From contig OZ246395.1 of NCBI GenBank assembly GCA_965230915.1, positions 204,019 to 268,018 of the forward strand: a DNA stretch of 64,000 nucleotides, in the 5' to 3' direction. The translations under genes and the position numbers were made by a program. Each line of letters opens with the position of its first letter. The first letter of the stretch is position 1. The DNA comes from an uncultured Candidatus Saccharibacteria bacterium. Its GTDB lineage: Bacteria; Patescibacteriota; WWE3; 2-01-FULL-39-13. The notes beneath the pieces were generated by a model. It was not told where the DNA came from. It did no database searches and was given only the letters and a program-made list of their open reading frames with translations. This document shows positions 30,810-40,860 of the stretch, piece after piece.

Positions 30810-31673
30810 ATGAAATGGCAGAAAGCAGACCTTACTACACAGTTCAAAATGATCGATGGAATGAATATAGATCCACCTCTAGAAAAGCTTTATTTTTCAG
30901 GTGAAATACCCGATTTAGATAACGCTATCGCAGTTGTTGGGTCTCGTAAGGTCTCAGATTACGGCAAAAGAGTGTGTCGCGAATTTGTTTCGGTTATGGC
31001 AAAAGCTGGGCTTACTATAATTAGTGGATTAATGTATGGAATCGATATCGAAGCTCATAATGCGGCCATTGATGCCGGAGGGAAGACTGTCGGAGTTTTG
31101 GGCTATGGCCACGATTATTTACGTAATTATGGTTATGCCCAAAATCTATATGAAAAGATTCTAGCTACAAAATCAGGTGCAGTGATTTCAGAATATGAGC
31201 CAAGCGAGCCTGCTGCTAAATGGACATTTCCAAAAAGGAACCGCATTATTTCTGCTTTATCTAAAGCAGTTTTAGTAATAGAAGGTGGAGAAAACTCAGG
31301 TAGCTTGATAACAGCTGGATATGCAGTAGAGCAGGGTAAAGAGGTTTTTGCAGTTCCCGGCTCTATATATAATGTGAATTCGAAGGGAACAAATTGGCTT
31401 ATAAAGCAGGGAGCCCACATGGCGACTTCACCTGAAGATATATTATTATTCTTTGGAAAACCTTTGCCTAATAAAATAGACAAAACAAAATTAAGTGAAA
31501 CAGAGCAGCAGATTTTACAAATTATAGAATCGCTAGATCAAAATACTACGGCATCAAAAATAGCCGATATTTCAGGACTTTCAGTAGGAGATTTAAACGC
31601 AAAGTTGTCAAAACTGGAACTTATGGGGTATATTGCCCGAGGTAATTTTGGAAAATTTACGATTTTAAAGTGA
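30810..31673 (+). CDS. dprA: DNA-processing protein DprA
   Basis: AVVGSR, ISGLMYGIDIEAH, FPKRNRIISALS, SGSLITA, FAVPG. Confidence 0.97.
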   Translation: MKWQKADLTTQFKMIDGMNIDPPLEKLYFSGEIPDLDNAIAVVGSRKVSDYGKRVCREFVSVMAKAGLTIISGLMYGIDIEAHNAAIDAGGKTVGVLGYGHDYLRNYGYAQNLYEKILATKSGAVISEYEPSEPAAKWTFPKRNRIISALSKAVLVIEGGENSGSLITAGYAVEQGKEVFAVPGSIYNVNSKGTNWLIKQGAHMATSPEDILLFFGKPLPNKIDKTKLSETEQQILQIIESLDQNTTASKIADISGLSVGDLNAKLSKLELMGYIARGNFGKFTILK

Positions 31674-31719
31674 ATGCCAAATCAAAAATTTTCCTGTACA
31701 GTTATCTAATAATAAAGAT

Positions 31720-34074
31720 ATGAAAAACATTGTAGTTGTTGAATCTCCATCAAAAACAAAGAAATTAGCTTCATTTTTAGGCAAAGATTATGAAGTTTTA
31801 TCGTCGGTTGGGCATATACGTGACCTGCCAAAATCAGGTCTTGGTGTCGATGTAGAAAATAATTTCGAGCCAGAGTACGTATTGTCTCCTGATAAAAAAG
31901 ACGTAATTAACGGGCTTAAACGGTCGGCAAAAGATGCTGACGCTATTTACTTGGCAACGGATCTTGACCGCGAAGGCGAAGCTATTGCCTGGCATGTGGC
32001 TTATTTAATGAATAACGAGAAAGATTTGACCAATGCCGAAGATAAGGACGCGAACTATCAGATAGCTCAAAAGGTAAAAAATAAAAATGGCCAAAACCCT
32101 AAGGTATATCGAGTAACTTTTAACTCCATCACAAAAGAAGCTGTGCTAGATGGGTTTAAGGCTCCTCGCAAACTGGATTTAAACTTAATCGATGCACAAC
32201 AGGGACGAAGAATATTAGATAGATTAGTAGGCTATAAGCTGTCCCCACTGTTATGGGAAAAAATCCGCTATGGATTATCGGCAGGTCGAGTACAATCTGT
32301 TGCCGTGCGTCTAATTGTAGAAAGAGAGCGCGAAATAAAGGAATTTAATAAACTTCCATATTATGAGATTTTTGCCGATTTTATAAAAGGCAAAGATAAG
32401 CTAATCACAAAACTAGTAAAAATCGATGGTCAATCAATTTACGAGAAGAAAAAATTCAAACTTTTTGCTTCCGAATATATAGCTTCAAAAACAATATTAG
32501 ATAATGAAACTGACGTAAAGAAAGCATTAGAGAATATTAAAAAAGATGAGTTTGCCGTAACTCAAGTTGAATCAAAAGATCTAAAAAGTCACCCAAGTCC
32601 ACCGTTTGCTACAGCAACGCTTCAGCAAGCAGCCAGTTCAAATTTAGGTTATTCGCCAGCTAGAACAATGCAACTTGCACAAAAATTATATGAAGGCGGA
32701 TTCATAACTTACATGCGTACCGATAGCATTAATTTAAACGCAGATACCATAAAAGACATTAGAAAATTTATAAAGGGAGCTTACGGCGACAATTATATGC
32801 TCGCGCATGAACGTCATTTTAAGGCTAAAAAAGATGCAAGAACTCAGGAAGCTCACGAAGGTATTAGGCCAACCGATGTAGCAGTTCGCGCAGAGGAATT
32901 ACCAAAATCGGTGAATCCGCAACAAAGAAAGTTATATGAGCTTATTTGGCGCAGAACAATAGCCTCACAAATGGCTCCAGCAGTTTTTGGTAACACAAAG
33001 GCAGCTATTGAAAATACAAAAGGTGAAAGCAAATATACATTCGAAGCTCGAGGCTCAATAATAAAATTCGATGGATACCTAAAAGTTTACTCGAACAAAC
33101 GAAAAGATGAGATTTTGCCGGAAATTAAGGAAGGGGACTCAGTTAAATTAGAAGACGTTCATGAAGAAGCGAAAGAAATGTCTGCTCCACCAAGGTATAA
33201 CGAGTCATCGCTCGTAAAAGAGCTCGAAAGCTTTAATATTGGACGTCCGTCTACATATGCGTCGATTATTTCGACGATTCAGACACGTGGTTATGTTAAA
33301 AAGATCGATAAGTCATTATCTCCAACTGACAATGGATATGTTGTAAACGATCTTTTGGTTCAGCATTTTCCACAGATTGTAGATGTCGACTTTACTGCTG
33401 AAATGGAAGAAGGCCTAGACGAAGTGGCCGAAGGTGATTTAGATTGGCGCAAATTATTAGGGGAATTTTATAAACCGTTCGAAAAACTTGTTGCTGCAAA
33501 GCGCAAAGAAATCAAAAAAGAAGATGTTGTTATTATGGAAAAAACCGATGAGGGTTGTCCAGAATGTGGTAAAGGCCATTTAATTGTAAAGCTGGGTAAA
33601 TTCGGCAAATTCTTAAGCTGTGATCAGTATCCGGAATGTAAATACGCAAGACCTATTGAAACCGAAGAAACTGCTGCAATGCAAAATGAAAATGAAGAGG
33701 CTGGGGTAAGCGAAGAAATTCCAGATTTAAATGAAAAATGCCCTGAATGCGGAGGCCAACTGACAATTAAAGAAGGTCGTTTCGGCAAATTTATCGCCTG
33801 CGAAAACTATCCCAAGTGTAAATTTACAAAAGCTATCTTAAAGAAGGTCGGAATTAAATGTCCCAAATGCGGCGAAGAACACGGTGGGGAAGTTGTAATG
33901 AAACGAACACAGCGTCAAAAAATATTCTTTGGATGTTCAAGATATCCTGCTTGCGATTATGCAAGTTGGACAAAGCCAGTTGTCGGAGAAGATGGAAAGG
34001 TAATTGATGAGCCGGCCAAAAAGGCAAAGAAATCGGCTAAAAAGGTTGCTAAAAAAGCAAAAAGTAAAAAATAA
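31720..34074 (+). CDS. topA: DNA topoisomerase I with three Zn ribbons and Lys-rich tail
   Basis: VVESPSK, ATDLDREGEAI, SAGRVQS, ITYMRTDS, IGRPSTYA. Confidence 0.99.
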   Translation: MKNIVVVESPSKTKKLASFLGKDYEVLSSVGHIRDLPKSGLGVDVENNFEPEYVLSPDKKDVINGLKRSAKDADAIYLATDLDREGEAIAWHVAYLMNNEKDLTNAEDKDANYQIAQKVKNKNGQNPKVYRVTFNSITKEAVLDGFKAPRKLDLNLIDAQQGRRILDRLVGYKLSPLLWEKIRYGLSAGRVQSVAVRLIVEREREIKEFNKLPYYEIFADFIKGKDKLITKLVKIDGQSIYEKKKFKLFASEYIASKTILDNETDVKKALENIKKDEFAVTQVESKDLKSHPSPPFATATLQQAASSNLGYSPARTMQLAQKLYEGGFITYMRTDSINLNADTIKDIRKFIKGAYGDNYMLAHERHFKAKKDARTQEAHEGIRPTDVAVRAEELPKSVNPQQRKLYELIWRRTIASQMAPAVFGNTKAAIENTKGESKYTFEARGSIIKFDGYLKVYSNKRKDEILPEIKEGDSVKLEDVHEEAKEMSAPPRYNESSLVKELESFNIGRPSTYASIISTIQTRGYVKKIDKSLSPTDNGYVVNDLLVQHFPQIVDVDFTAEMEEGLDEVAEGDLDWRKLLGEFYKPFEKLVAAKRKEIKKEDVVIMEKTDEGCPECGKGHLIVKLGKFGKFLSCDQYPECKYARPIETEETAAMQNENEEAGVSEEIPDLNEKCPECGGQLTIKEGRFGKFIACENYPKCKFTKAILKKVGIKCPKCGEEHGGEVVMKRTQRQKIFFGCSRYPACDYASWTKPVVGEDGKVIDEPAKKAKKSAKKVAKKAKSKK

Positions 34075-34134
34075 TCCCCGAGTACGATGGTTTTGATTGT
34101 GCGTGATTCACGCGAAAAACCACCGTACCGGGGA
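34066..34134 (-). terminator. Long bulged 3' hairpin of cassette
   Basis: Minus: tccccggtacggtggtttt..gcgtga..tcacgc..aaaaccatcgtactcgggga + T-rich tail. Confidence 0.75.
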
Positions 34135-34141
34135 ATAAGCA

Positions 34142-34615
34142 TTAACGTCCTGCCCGTATTAATTCTTCTATCCTCGGGCAAACCTCGTCCACGAACTTTT
34201 TCCAGAATTCAGATTGAGGGCGGTAATGTACTCCAACGACCATTGCTGTCGCAAATACTTTGCCCACATTGAATTGTCGCATTACTTGCTGAATTCCGTT
34301 GGCCACTTGCCAATCAGCTTCCTCGATAATGTCATCTAGCCATACCTGAATTAGCATAGCCACATCGGTTTGCAAACTATACCGACGAGCCACACATAGA
34401 ACCAGAGTTAAGCGGTCTCGGATCGACCATTGTGAGTCATCGGTAAGTAAGAGGCCTTCCAGCGTTCCGTCCCAATCATTTTTTGCCAGGGGTGTTGTAT
34501 CTCTAGGTGGGTGCAGCCCCAAGTAGTTCATGTGGGGGTCACTGGCTTCCAGCGCCTTTCCGGTAATTGGGCTAGGTACTACATCCCAGACAATCCCATA
34601 TCTCACATTAATCAT
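34142..34615 (-). CDS. Orphan cassette protein (157 aa)
   Basis: Promoter TTGGCC-16-TATAAT (34697-34670), 5' hairpin cccag...ctggg, SD GGAG, 3' hairpin. Confidence 0.78.
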   Translation of the reverse strand: MINVRYGIVWDVVPSPITGKALEASDPHMNYLGLHPPRDTTPLAKNDWDGTLEGLLLTDDSQWSIRDRLTLVLCVARRYSLQTDVAMLIQVWLDDIIEEADWQVANGIQQVMRQFNVGKVFATAMVVGVHYRPQSEFWKKFVDEVCPRIEELIRAGR

Positions 34616-34744
34616 ATTTTCTCCATCCCAGATTAAGTAGATTAGTTAATGTTCTACAAACTGGGCGATATTATAACAGGAGCTCGTGCGAGGCCAAAAC
34701 GTTAAAGGATTCAATTATCCTTATTTTTCTGATATTATATTCAC

Positions 34745-34806
34745 ATTACGCATGATCGGACATGCTCCTGAGTCCTACTAGTCCGATCAGAGGGTTAAGG
34801 AGCGTG
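34745..34806 (+). promoter_or_regulatory. rpsB leader (t44/S2-leader-like pseudoknot)
   Basis: Stem tgatcggac/gtccgatca; loop atgctcc complementary to downstream ggagcgt; upstream of rpsB. Confidence 0.6.
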
Positions 34807-34905
34807 AGATTTTTACATCTAAAATTAAAAAAAGGCTTCGGCTGTATAGTCTTCGACAGATGATGCGACTGCAGAATTTTTTTGATTTTATCTATAAAAA
34901 ATCTC
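34806..34905 (-). repeat. AT-rich palindromic element with tandem GA/GA step, inside the rpsB leader
   Basis: gagattttt-acatct-aaaattaaaaaaa...tttttttgatttt-atctat-aaaaatctc. Confidence 0.6.
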
Positions 34906-34917
34906 AAATAAAAATCA

Positions 34918-35772
34918 ATGTCAAAACAAAACATCAAACTGCCTACAGTAGAAGAAATGTTAGAAGCTGGAGTCCACTTCGGTCACCAGATGAAGAGAAG
35001 ATCTCCCTACATGGATAAATTTATCTATGGAGTCGATAACAAAAGTCAGGTCATCGACCTTTATAAAACTCAAGAACAGCTCCAAAAAGCTATAGATTTC
35101 ATTTACGAAATCACTAGTCGTGGAGGACAAATAGTCGTCGTTGGAGCAAAAAGACAAGCTAGCCCAGTTGTTAAAGAAATGGCTCAGAAAGCTGGTCTTT
35201 TATTCGTAAACCAACGCTGGTTAGGCGGAACTTTTACAAACTTCAATTCTATAAAAGGTAAAGTCGATCGTTTAAATTTCTTGATCGACGCCAGAAAAAG
35301 AGGGGATCTTGATAAATACACCAAACGAGAAAGATTAGATTTTGACCGCGAAATCGAAAAACTTGAAGAAGTAGTCGGAGGAATCAGAGGAATCAAGAGA
35401 TTTCCAGACGCTTTAATAGTTGTTGACGTTAAGAAAGAAAAAGTTGCTGTTCACGAAGCTAAAGCTGCAAAAGTTCCAGTTATTGGAATTGTTGATACAA
35501 ACAGCGATCCACGAAATGTTAAATACATCGTTCCTGCTAATGATGACGCTATTAAATCAATCAATTTGATTTTGGGAGTATTAACTGACGCCGCAATCGA
35601 AGGCTATAAAGATCAAAACATGGAAGCTCCTAAAACAGAAGCCCCAAAAGCTGAAGTTAAAGAAGAAGCGCCAGTAAAAGAAGCAAAAGCCACAGCTCCA
35701 AAAAAAGCTGAAACAAAAGCAAAGCCAGGTGCACCCGTCAAGCGAGTACAAGCAAAAACTAAGTCTAAATAA
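34918..35772 (+). CDS. rpsB: 30S ribosomal protein S2
   Basis: MLEAGVHFGH, RWLGGTFTNF, IVDTNSDP, PANDDAIKS. Confidence 0.99.
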   Translation: MSKQNIKLPTVEEMLEAGVHFGHQMKRRSPYMDKFIYGVDNKSQVIDLYKTQEQLQKAIDFIYEITSRGGQIVVVGAKRQASPVVKEMAQKAGLLFVNQRWLGGTFTNFNSIKGKVDRLNFLIDARKRGDLDKYTKRERLDFDREIEKLEEVVGGIRGIKRFPDALIVVDVKKEKVAVHEAKAAKVPVIGIVDTNSDPRNVKYIVPANDDAIKSINLILGVLTDAAIEGYKDQNMEAPKTEAPKAEVKEEAPVKEAKATAPKKAETKAKPGAPVKRVQAKTKSK

Positions 35773-35815
35773 TTATTTAATTGGATAAGCCGGACAGGTT
35801 ATCCACAAAAAAGTA

Positions 35816-36268
35816 ATGGATATCAACATAATAAAAAACTTACGTGAAGAAACAGGTGCAGGAGTTATGGATGCTAAAAAAGCATTAGAAGAATCGGGCG
35901 GAGATGTAGAAAAAGCAAAACAAATTTTACAAGAAAAAGGTGTTGAAAGAGCTGCCAAAAAAGGCGATCGCGAAATTAAAGCAGGAAGAATTTTTTCTTA
36001 CATTCACTCAACCGGAACTGTCGGAACTTTAGTAAAACTTGGTTGTGAAACTGATTTCGTTGCTAAAAACGAAGAATTCACAAAACTCGGAAACGAAATT
36101 GCTATGCAATATGCTGCAATGGGTTCAGAAAACACCACCGTCGAAGAGCTTTTAGAGCAAGATTACATAAGAGATTCATCAAAGAAAATTAAAGATTTAG
36201 TTACAGGTGCCGTTTCTAAAACTGGCGAAAACATAACTGTAGCTGAAGTCACAAGATTCTCTTTATAA
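35816..36268 (+). CDS. tsf: Elongation factor Ts (short form, 150 aa)
   Basis: IKNLREETGAGVMDAKKAL, CETDFVAK, TGENI. Confidence 0.96.
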   Translation: MDINIIKNLREETGAGVMDAKKALEESGGDVEKAKQILQEKGVERAAKKGDREIKAGRIFSYIHSTGTVGTLVKLGCETDFVAKNEEFTKLGNEIAMQYAAMGSENTTVEELLEQDYIRDSSKKIKDLVTGAVSKTGENITVAEVTRFSL

Positions 36269-36375
36269 AGGGGACCTCAGTCATTCCTCAGTATTCTGGC
36301 TTATTGTTTGAATATTGAGGAAATGGTAAAAATACTCCATAAGTATTTATTGAACTTTCATAAACATTTAACAAT

Positions 36376-36930
36376 ATGAAACCAGAAGATTTTCAAAATC
36401 ACCTAACAAATATTAAAAAATTTCTAAATGACGAACTTTCCAAACTAAGAGTTGGAAGAGCGGCCCCATCTCTAATTGAAGATATTAGAGTTGAAGCCTA
36501 TGCAGGTTCTGAAGCCATGCCTATTAAAGAGCTGGGTAGCGTTTCTGTGCCAGATTCTCAGTCAATAACAATTGCTCCATGGGACAAGTCGATTTTGAAA
36601 AAGATTGAAGACGCAATTAGAAATTCAGGTCGCGGATTAAATCCAATTAATGAAGGGGAACAGATTCGTGTTCCGATTCCTCCACTTACAGAAGATCGTC
36701 GCCGAGAAATGACAAAAGAAGTTTCAAAAACCGTTGAACAGGCCAAAATTCGAGTTAGAACTCTACGCCAAGACGTGATCAAATCAATAGAAGAACAGGA
36801 AACTAATGGTGTTATTTCAGAAGATGATATGGCCCGCGAAAAGAAAGATATCGAAGCTAAAATCAAACAAATTAATGATGAACTTGATCAAATAGGCGAG
36901 GCTAAATCCGCTGATATAATGAAGGTTTGA
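36376..36930 (+). CDS. frr: Ribosome recycling factor
   Basis: LRVGRAAP, IAPWDKS, GLNP, IPPLTEDRR. Confidence 0.96.
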   Translation: MKPEDFQNHLTNIKKFLNDELSKLRVGRAAPSLIEDIRVEAYAGSEAMPIKELGSVSVPDSQSITIAPWDKSILKKIEDAIRNSGRGLNPINEGEQIRVPIPPLTEDRRREMTKEVSKTVEQAKIRVRTLRQDVIKSIEEQETNGVISEDDMAREKKDIEAKIKQINDELDQIGEAKSADIMKV

Positions 36931-36932
36931 TC

Positions 36933-37022
36933 TTAGAATGTTTCTCGAAATCTAACCTCAGGATTCATGCTTGAGCCTGTAGTCTCAAGATACCTCCAGG
37001 CAGATTTCTCAAAACATTCTAA
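36933..37022 (-). repeat. Palindromic repeat element, copy 2 (inverted relative to 28213-28302)
   Basis: Minus-strand core ctggaggtatcttgagactacaggctcaagc differs from copy 1 at 2 of 31 positions; arms are different (ttagaatgttt/aaacattctaa). Confidence 0.75.
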
Positions 37023-37047
37023 TATCATTACATTAAAAACATAAAAT

Positions 37048-38190
37048 ATGATATTTTCTCTGCTGCTTTTTATTCTAATACTATCTTTTCTAGTGTTTAT
37101 TCACGAACTTGGCCATTTTGTTGCTGCACGCAAGAATGGCGTAAAAGTTGACGAATTCGGGCTCGGGATTCCACCAAGAGCCTGGGGTAAAAAGGTCGGT
37201 GAAACAATATATTCGCTTAATTGGCTTCCCATCGGAGGCTTTGTAAAAATTCGTGGCGAAGATTTCGAAGATTACGATCCAAAAGATCCAGAAAACTTTA
37301 TTAACAAAAAGCCATGGCAAAAATCGGTGATTTTACTCGCTGGAATTTTCATGAACTTTTTATTTGCTGTTGTGGTTTTTTACTTTCTATTATCTATAAA
37401 TGGATGGAAATCAAGCCCTTTAGCTATATTAACCGATTATAGATTTCCATTTGGACAAAAGGTTGAAGTTCCAAATGTTACAATGGGCTTTTCTGAAAAC
37501 TCTCCAGCAGGGGCCGCCGGAATGCAGTATGGCGACCAGGTTTTAAAACTAACTACATCCGAAACTTCGATTGAACCGAAATCTACTGATGAATTTATAA
37601 GCTTTGTTTCTGATAAAGCTGGTCAAGAAATCACAATTGATTCTAAAAATATAAATAATAATACCGAAGCTACTTATAAAGTGACGCCTGTTTATAACGA
37701 GCAGTTGGGTAGGGCAATAGTTGGAGTTCAACTAGGTGAGGTTGCTCAATTAGCTTACACTACACCAACAGATAAACTTTTCGCCGGATTTACCCATTCA
37801 ATAAACGTAATGGGATATTCTTTTGCAGTTTTAGGATCATTGGTCTCAACATCTGTCGAAACTAAAGATATCGAACCTGTTGCCCAAGGAGTTTCTGGTC
37901 CAGTTGGAATTTATGGCGCTGTAAATTCAATAACTGAAATGGCGGGAGAACGTATGATAGTTTCTATTTTAGATTTAATGGCTTTACTATCCTTATCTTT
38001 GGCCGTTATGAATTTGTTACCATTTCCGGCTTTAGATGGAGGCAGATGGGTTTTTGTTTTATTTGAATGGATATCTGGCAAAAAACCTTCTCAAAAGCTA
38101 GAAGCAAGGGCGCACCAAGTGGGTTTTGCCATTTTGATTGTATTTATTCTGGTAGTTACCTTCAAAGATATTTTCCAATTTTTGATATAG
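37048..38190 (+). CDS. rseP: RIP metalloprotease RseP (M50 + PDZ)
   Basis: HELGH, LPIGGFV, SGPVGI, NLLPFPALDGG; after frr. Confidence 0.95.
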   Translation: MIFSLLLFILILSFLVFIHELGHFVAARKNGVKVDEFGLGIPPRAWGKKVGETIYSLNWLPIGGFVKIRGEDFEDYDPKDPENFINKKPWQKSVILLAGIFMNFLFAVVVFYFLLSINGWKSSPLAILTDYRFPFGQKVEVPNVTMGFSENSPAGAAGMQYGDQVLKLTTSETSIEPKSTDEFISFVSDKAGQEITIDSKNINNNTEATYKVTPVYNEQLGRAIVGVQLGEVAQLAYTTPTDKLFAGFTHSINVMGYSFAVLGSLVSTSVETKDIEPVAQGVSGPVGIYGAVNSITEMAGERMIVSILDLMALLSLSLAVMNLLPFPALDGGRWVFVLFEWISGKKPSQKLEARAHQVGFAILIVFILVVTFKDIFQFLI

Positions 38191-38198
38191 AGCCAAAG

Positions 38199-38235
38199 CC
38201 TATAGTTCGCAATTTAAACTTAGAATTGCTATAAT
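38199..38235 (+). promoter_or_regulatory. Cassette promoter CCTATAGT-TCGCAA-17-TATAAT (extended -10)
   Basis: Shared upstream motif; hairpin gctattctac-GAAA-gtagtagtggc at predicted transcript start. Confidence 0.72.
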
Positions 38236-38302
38236 ATAGCTATTCTACGAAAGTAGTAGTGGCACAGTAAATAAAATTTAATCACAGTACAAGGGGAAGA
38301 AA

Positions 38303-38683
38303 ATGCCTCATTTGCAGATTTTGCCCACTCCGGAAAACATTGAGACCCTAAAGATGTTCTTCAAGGCTTTCCGAGAATTGAGCCTGCTCTTTGGGTTCAT
38401 ATGGTTTTTTGGTCATGGATTAGGCATAGCATACTATAAGGACTGTGGTAATAGCTTTTTTCGTAATATGATCCTGGTCATTTGGCATGCGGTAGCCGCC
38501 TTATTGGTATGGATCTCGGTGATTGTGATTCCATTAACAATCGAAGGTTCGTGGGTCAATAGTTATTTGAGCCTACGACCTAGCTTGTTTTTCGGCACTA
38601 TCATCACCGGTTATTGTCTTGGGCTCGTGGCCTATCTTCTAACCAGGCCTGAAGACCGCCGAGCAAGGAATTTTTCTACCTAA
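38303..38683 (+). CDS. Orphan cassette membrane protein (126 aa, ~3 TM)
   Basis: SD AAGGGGA; hydrophobic segments; 3' hairpin follows. Confidence 0.78.
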   Translation: MPHLQILPTPENIETLKMFFKAFRELSLLFGFIWFFGHGLGIAYYKDCGNSFFRNMILVIWHAVAALLVWISVIVIPLTIEGSWVNSYLSLRPSLFFGTIITGYCLGLVAYLLTRPEDRRARNFST

Positions 38684-38695
38684 CCGTGCGCCACC

Positions 38696-38747
38696 GGACC
38701 TGGCTTTCTTATCAGAAATGATAGTTTTTAGAAAGCCAGGTCCTTTT
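38696..38747 (+). terminator. Long bulged 3' hairpin of cassette
   Basis: ggacctggctttct...agaaagccaggtcc + tttt; 3'-side bulge. Confidence 0.8.
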
Positions 38748-38818
38748 GCTTTTTACACTCAACCAATTTCATACTCACATATTGGCAAAAAGCCATGTCC
38801 TTGCTATACTTCTCACGC

Positions 38819-39103
38819 ATGAATAAGTACGAATTGATGGCGATCTATAACTCGAATCTCAAAGATGACGAGGTTAAGAAAAGTATCTCCACATTAAAAG
38901 ACAAAATTAAAGACCTAAAAGGTAACCTTACCAGTGAAGACTACTGGGGTTTAAAAGATCTCGCATATGAGATTAAAAAAGCAACAAAAGCTTATTATGT
39001 AGTATTAACCATCGATATGGATGGCGACTCAGCCAAAGAATTATCAGCATGGTTAGCAGGACAGGACAGTGTTTTAAGAAGCTTGTTAACAAAAGGTAAT
39101 TAA
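38819..39103 (+). CDS. rpsF: 30S ribosomal protein S6
   Basis: MNKYELMAI, WGLKDLAYEIKK, VLRSL; start moved to ATG 38819 after TGCTATACT. Confidence 0.95.
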   Translation: MNKYELMAIYNSNLKDDEVKKSISTLKDKIKDLKGNLTSEDYWGLKDLAYEIKKATKAYYVVLTIDMDGDSAKELSAWLAGQDSVLRSLLTKGN

Positions 39104-39176
39104 TCGTTAATAGATTTTTAACCTTAGGTTGATAGCATTGATTAAGTAATTATTTAAAGGATTCAAAAGGAGCTAT

Positions 39177-39668
39177 ATGGCTACAAGATCATTAAACCTA
39201 GTTTTTTTAATTGGAAATCTTACAAGAGATCCTGAACTTAGATACACATCAACAGGAACTGCTGTTGCAACATTTACAGTCGCAACAAACAGAAATTATG
39301 TAGATTCAACAGGAAAAGCTGTCGAATCAGCAGAATTTACTAATGTCGTAGCTTGGGCAAAACTTGCAGAAATTTGTGGACAACTTTTAAAGAAAGGAAT
39401 GAAGGTTCATATCCAAGGAAGACTTCAAACCTCAAAATGGCAAGACAAGGAATCAGGTAAAGAAATGAGAAAAACCGAGGTTGTAGCTACAGATATGATG
39501 ATTCTGTCTCCAGTAGCAGGTGGAAACGGCGGAATGTCTGAATCAGATTCAGAAGGCGGTTCAGCACCAGCTTCAAACTCAGGAGACATGGGAGAAAACG
39601 TAGATTTTAGTGCATTCGAAGAAATGGGCGATGCCCAGAATCCAGATGATTCAGGAACTCCATTCTAA
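39177..39668 (+). CDS. ssb: Single-stranded DNA-binding protein
   Basis: LIGNLTRDPELRYT, GRLQT, acidic tail ending PF; SD AAAGGAG. Confidence 0.98.
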   Translation: MATRSLNLVFLIGNLTRDPELRYTSTGTAVATFTVATNRNYVDSTGKAVESAEFTNVVAWAKLAEICGQLLKKGMKVHIQGRLQTSKWQDKESGKEMRKTEVVATDMMILSPVAGGNGGMSESDSEGGSAPASNSGDMGENVDFSAFEEMGDAQNPDDSGTPF

Positions 39669-39682
39669 ATTAGTTTAAAAAT

Positions 39683-39940
39683 ATGGCAAAAGCAAAACAA
39701 AAAACAACAAGACCAAGTAAACAGGATACTAAAAAAGAAATAGACAGAAGTGTTCTATTGAGAGATATCGACTACAAAAATGTTTCTCTTCTTAAGAAAT
39801 ACATGGGTCCAAGAAAGAAGATTTTGCCACAAAGTGTTACTAAGCTTTCAGCTAAACATCAAAGAAAATTAAAAATTGAAATTAGAAAAGCAAGAGTAAT
39901 GGGGCTTCTACCTTTTACAGATCGCCACGCTTTGAGTTAA
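39683..39940 (+). CDS. rpsR: 30S ribosomal protein S18
   Basis: IDYKNV, KILP, KHQRKL..EIRKARVMGLLPF. Confidence 0.96.
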   Translation: MAKAKQKTTRPSKQDTKKEIDRSVLLRDIDYKNVSLLKKYMGPRKKILPQSVTKLSAKHQRKLKIEIRKARVMGLLPFTDRHALS

Positions 39941-39952
39941 AATCAAAGTGTT

Positions 39953-40858
39953 ATGATCCTGCCAATATTTCTCACATCACAATATGTGTCGGTAAACCTT
40001 GACGATAGCACTCATACTGGAAAGAAAGGTATTGCCCAACATAACCTTATTAATCTTCGCCCGGCACTAGATCCATTTACACCTTTAATTTCTACAGCCC
40101 GAATGCGTGAGCTTTTAAAAAATATTGTAAGCGATGAGCAGCTTAACGATTTTAGGCCAGTAGTTTTATCAATTGCGGATGAGAATTTTGACATAGAACT
40201 TGGATATGATTTCCAAAATATACTCGATAGTGTACCTTTTGCGATTATTGTTCCAGAATATTATTATTCGAAAGCGGTAGATATGATTGCACCATCATCT
40301 GCTAATTTGTTTTTAAATTGTCGAAAATATGGGCTGCCGATTCCGGAAGATATCAAAATCGAAATCGATGCAGTAACAATCTCGCTATATGCAAAAGACA
40401 ATGTCGGAAAATTCATAAGTCAGAATCAAATTATAATTTCTACTACAGATGTAGATGCAAAGTTCAAACCGGAATATACGGAGGCAATGGTGAAAGCCTT
40501 ATCCGACAACATTCAGATTGCCGGTGTCTGGAAAGTAATAATTGATTCTCAATATCGACTTTTTCCAGCTCTAATAGAATCACTCGAAGATAATGTTTCT
40601 ATCGATCAGTTTTTTGATGCTTTCGATGATGACGCAGATGGGAAATTAATCATTGCTCCCGGAGTTACTGAACTTCAATTAGGCGAAAACGATAGTTTTG
40701 AAACAATTCCACTCGTAAATACTCAGCTGAATAAATTTAAAATAAAAGATGACGATAAAATAACATTTAAATGGAAGTCTGATAAATCAAAATTTGAAGG
40801 CGAAATTTATGGAAGCAAAACTGGTATTAGAATCGATGTTCGCGATCGTACTAAATAA
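39953..40858 (+). CDS. Hypothetical protein, possibly a degenerate GlmL-like protein
   Basis: C-terminus GEIYGSKTGIRIDVRDR resembles the GGxxGxxIDARGR end of GlmL-family proteins (from memory). Confidence 0.55.
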   Translation: MILPIFLTSQYVSVNLDDSTHTGKKGIAQHNLINLRPALDPFTPLISTARMRELLKNIVSDEQLNDFRPVVLSIADENFDIELGYDFQNILDSVPFAIIVPEYYYSKAVDMIAPSSANLFLNCRKYGLPIPEDIKIEIDAVTISLYAKDNVGKFISQNQIIISTTDVDAKFKPEYTEAMVKALSDNIQIAGVWKVIIDSQYRLFPALIESLEDNVSIDQFFDAFDDDADGKLIIAPGVTELQLGENDSFETIPLVNTQLNKFKIKDDDKITFKWKSDKSKFEGEIYGSKTGIRIDVRDRTK

Positions 40859-40860
40859 AT

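Noticed and set aside
35781-35807. Perfect DnaA box TTATCCACA (35799-35807) as a sign of oriC
   Set aside because: Single box forming one arm of a small hairpin (tggataa/ttatcca) in the rpsB-tsf spacer; no cluster or dnaA nearby.
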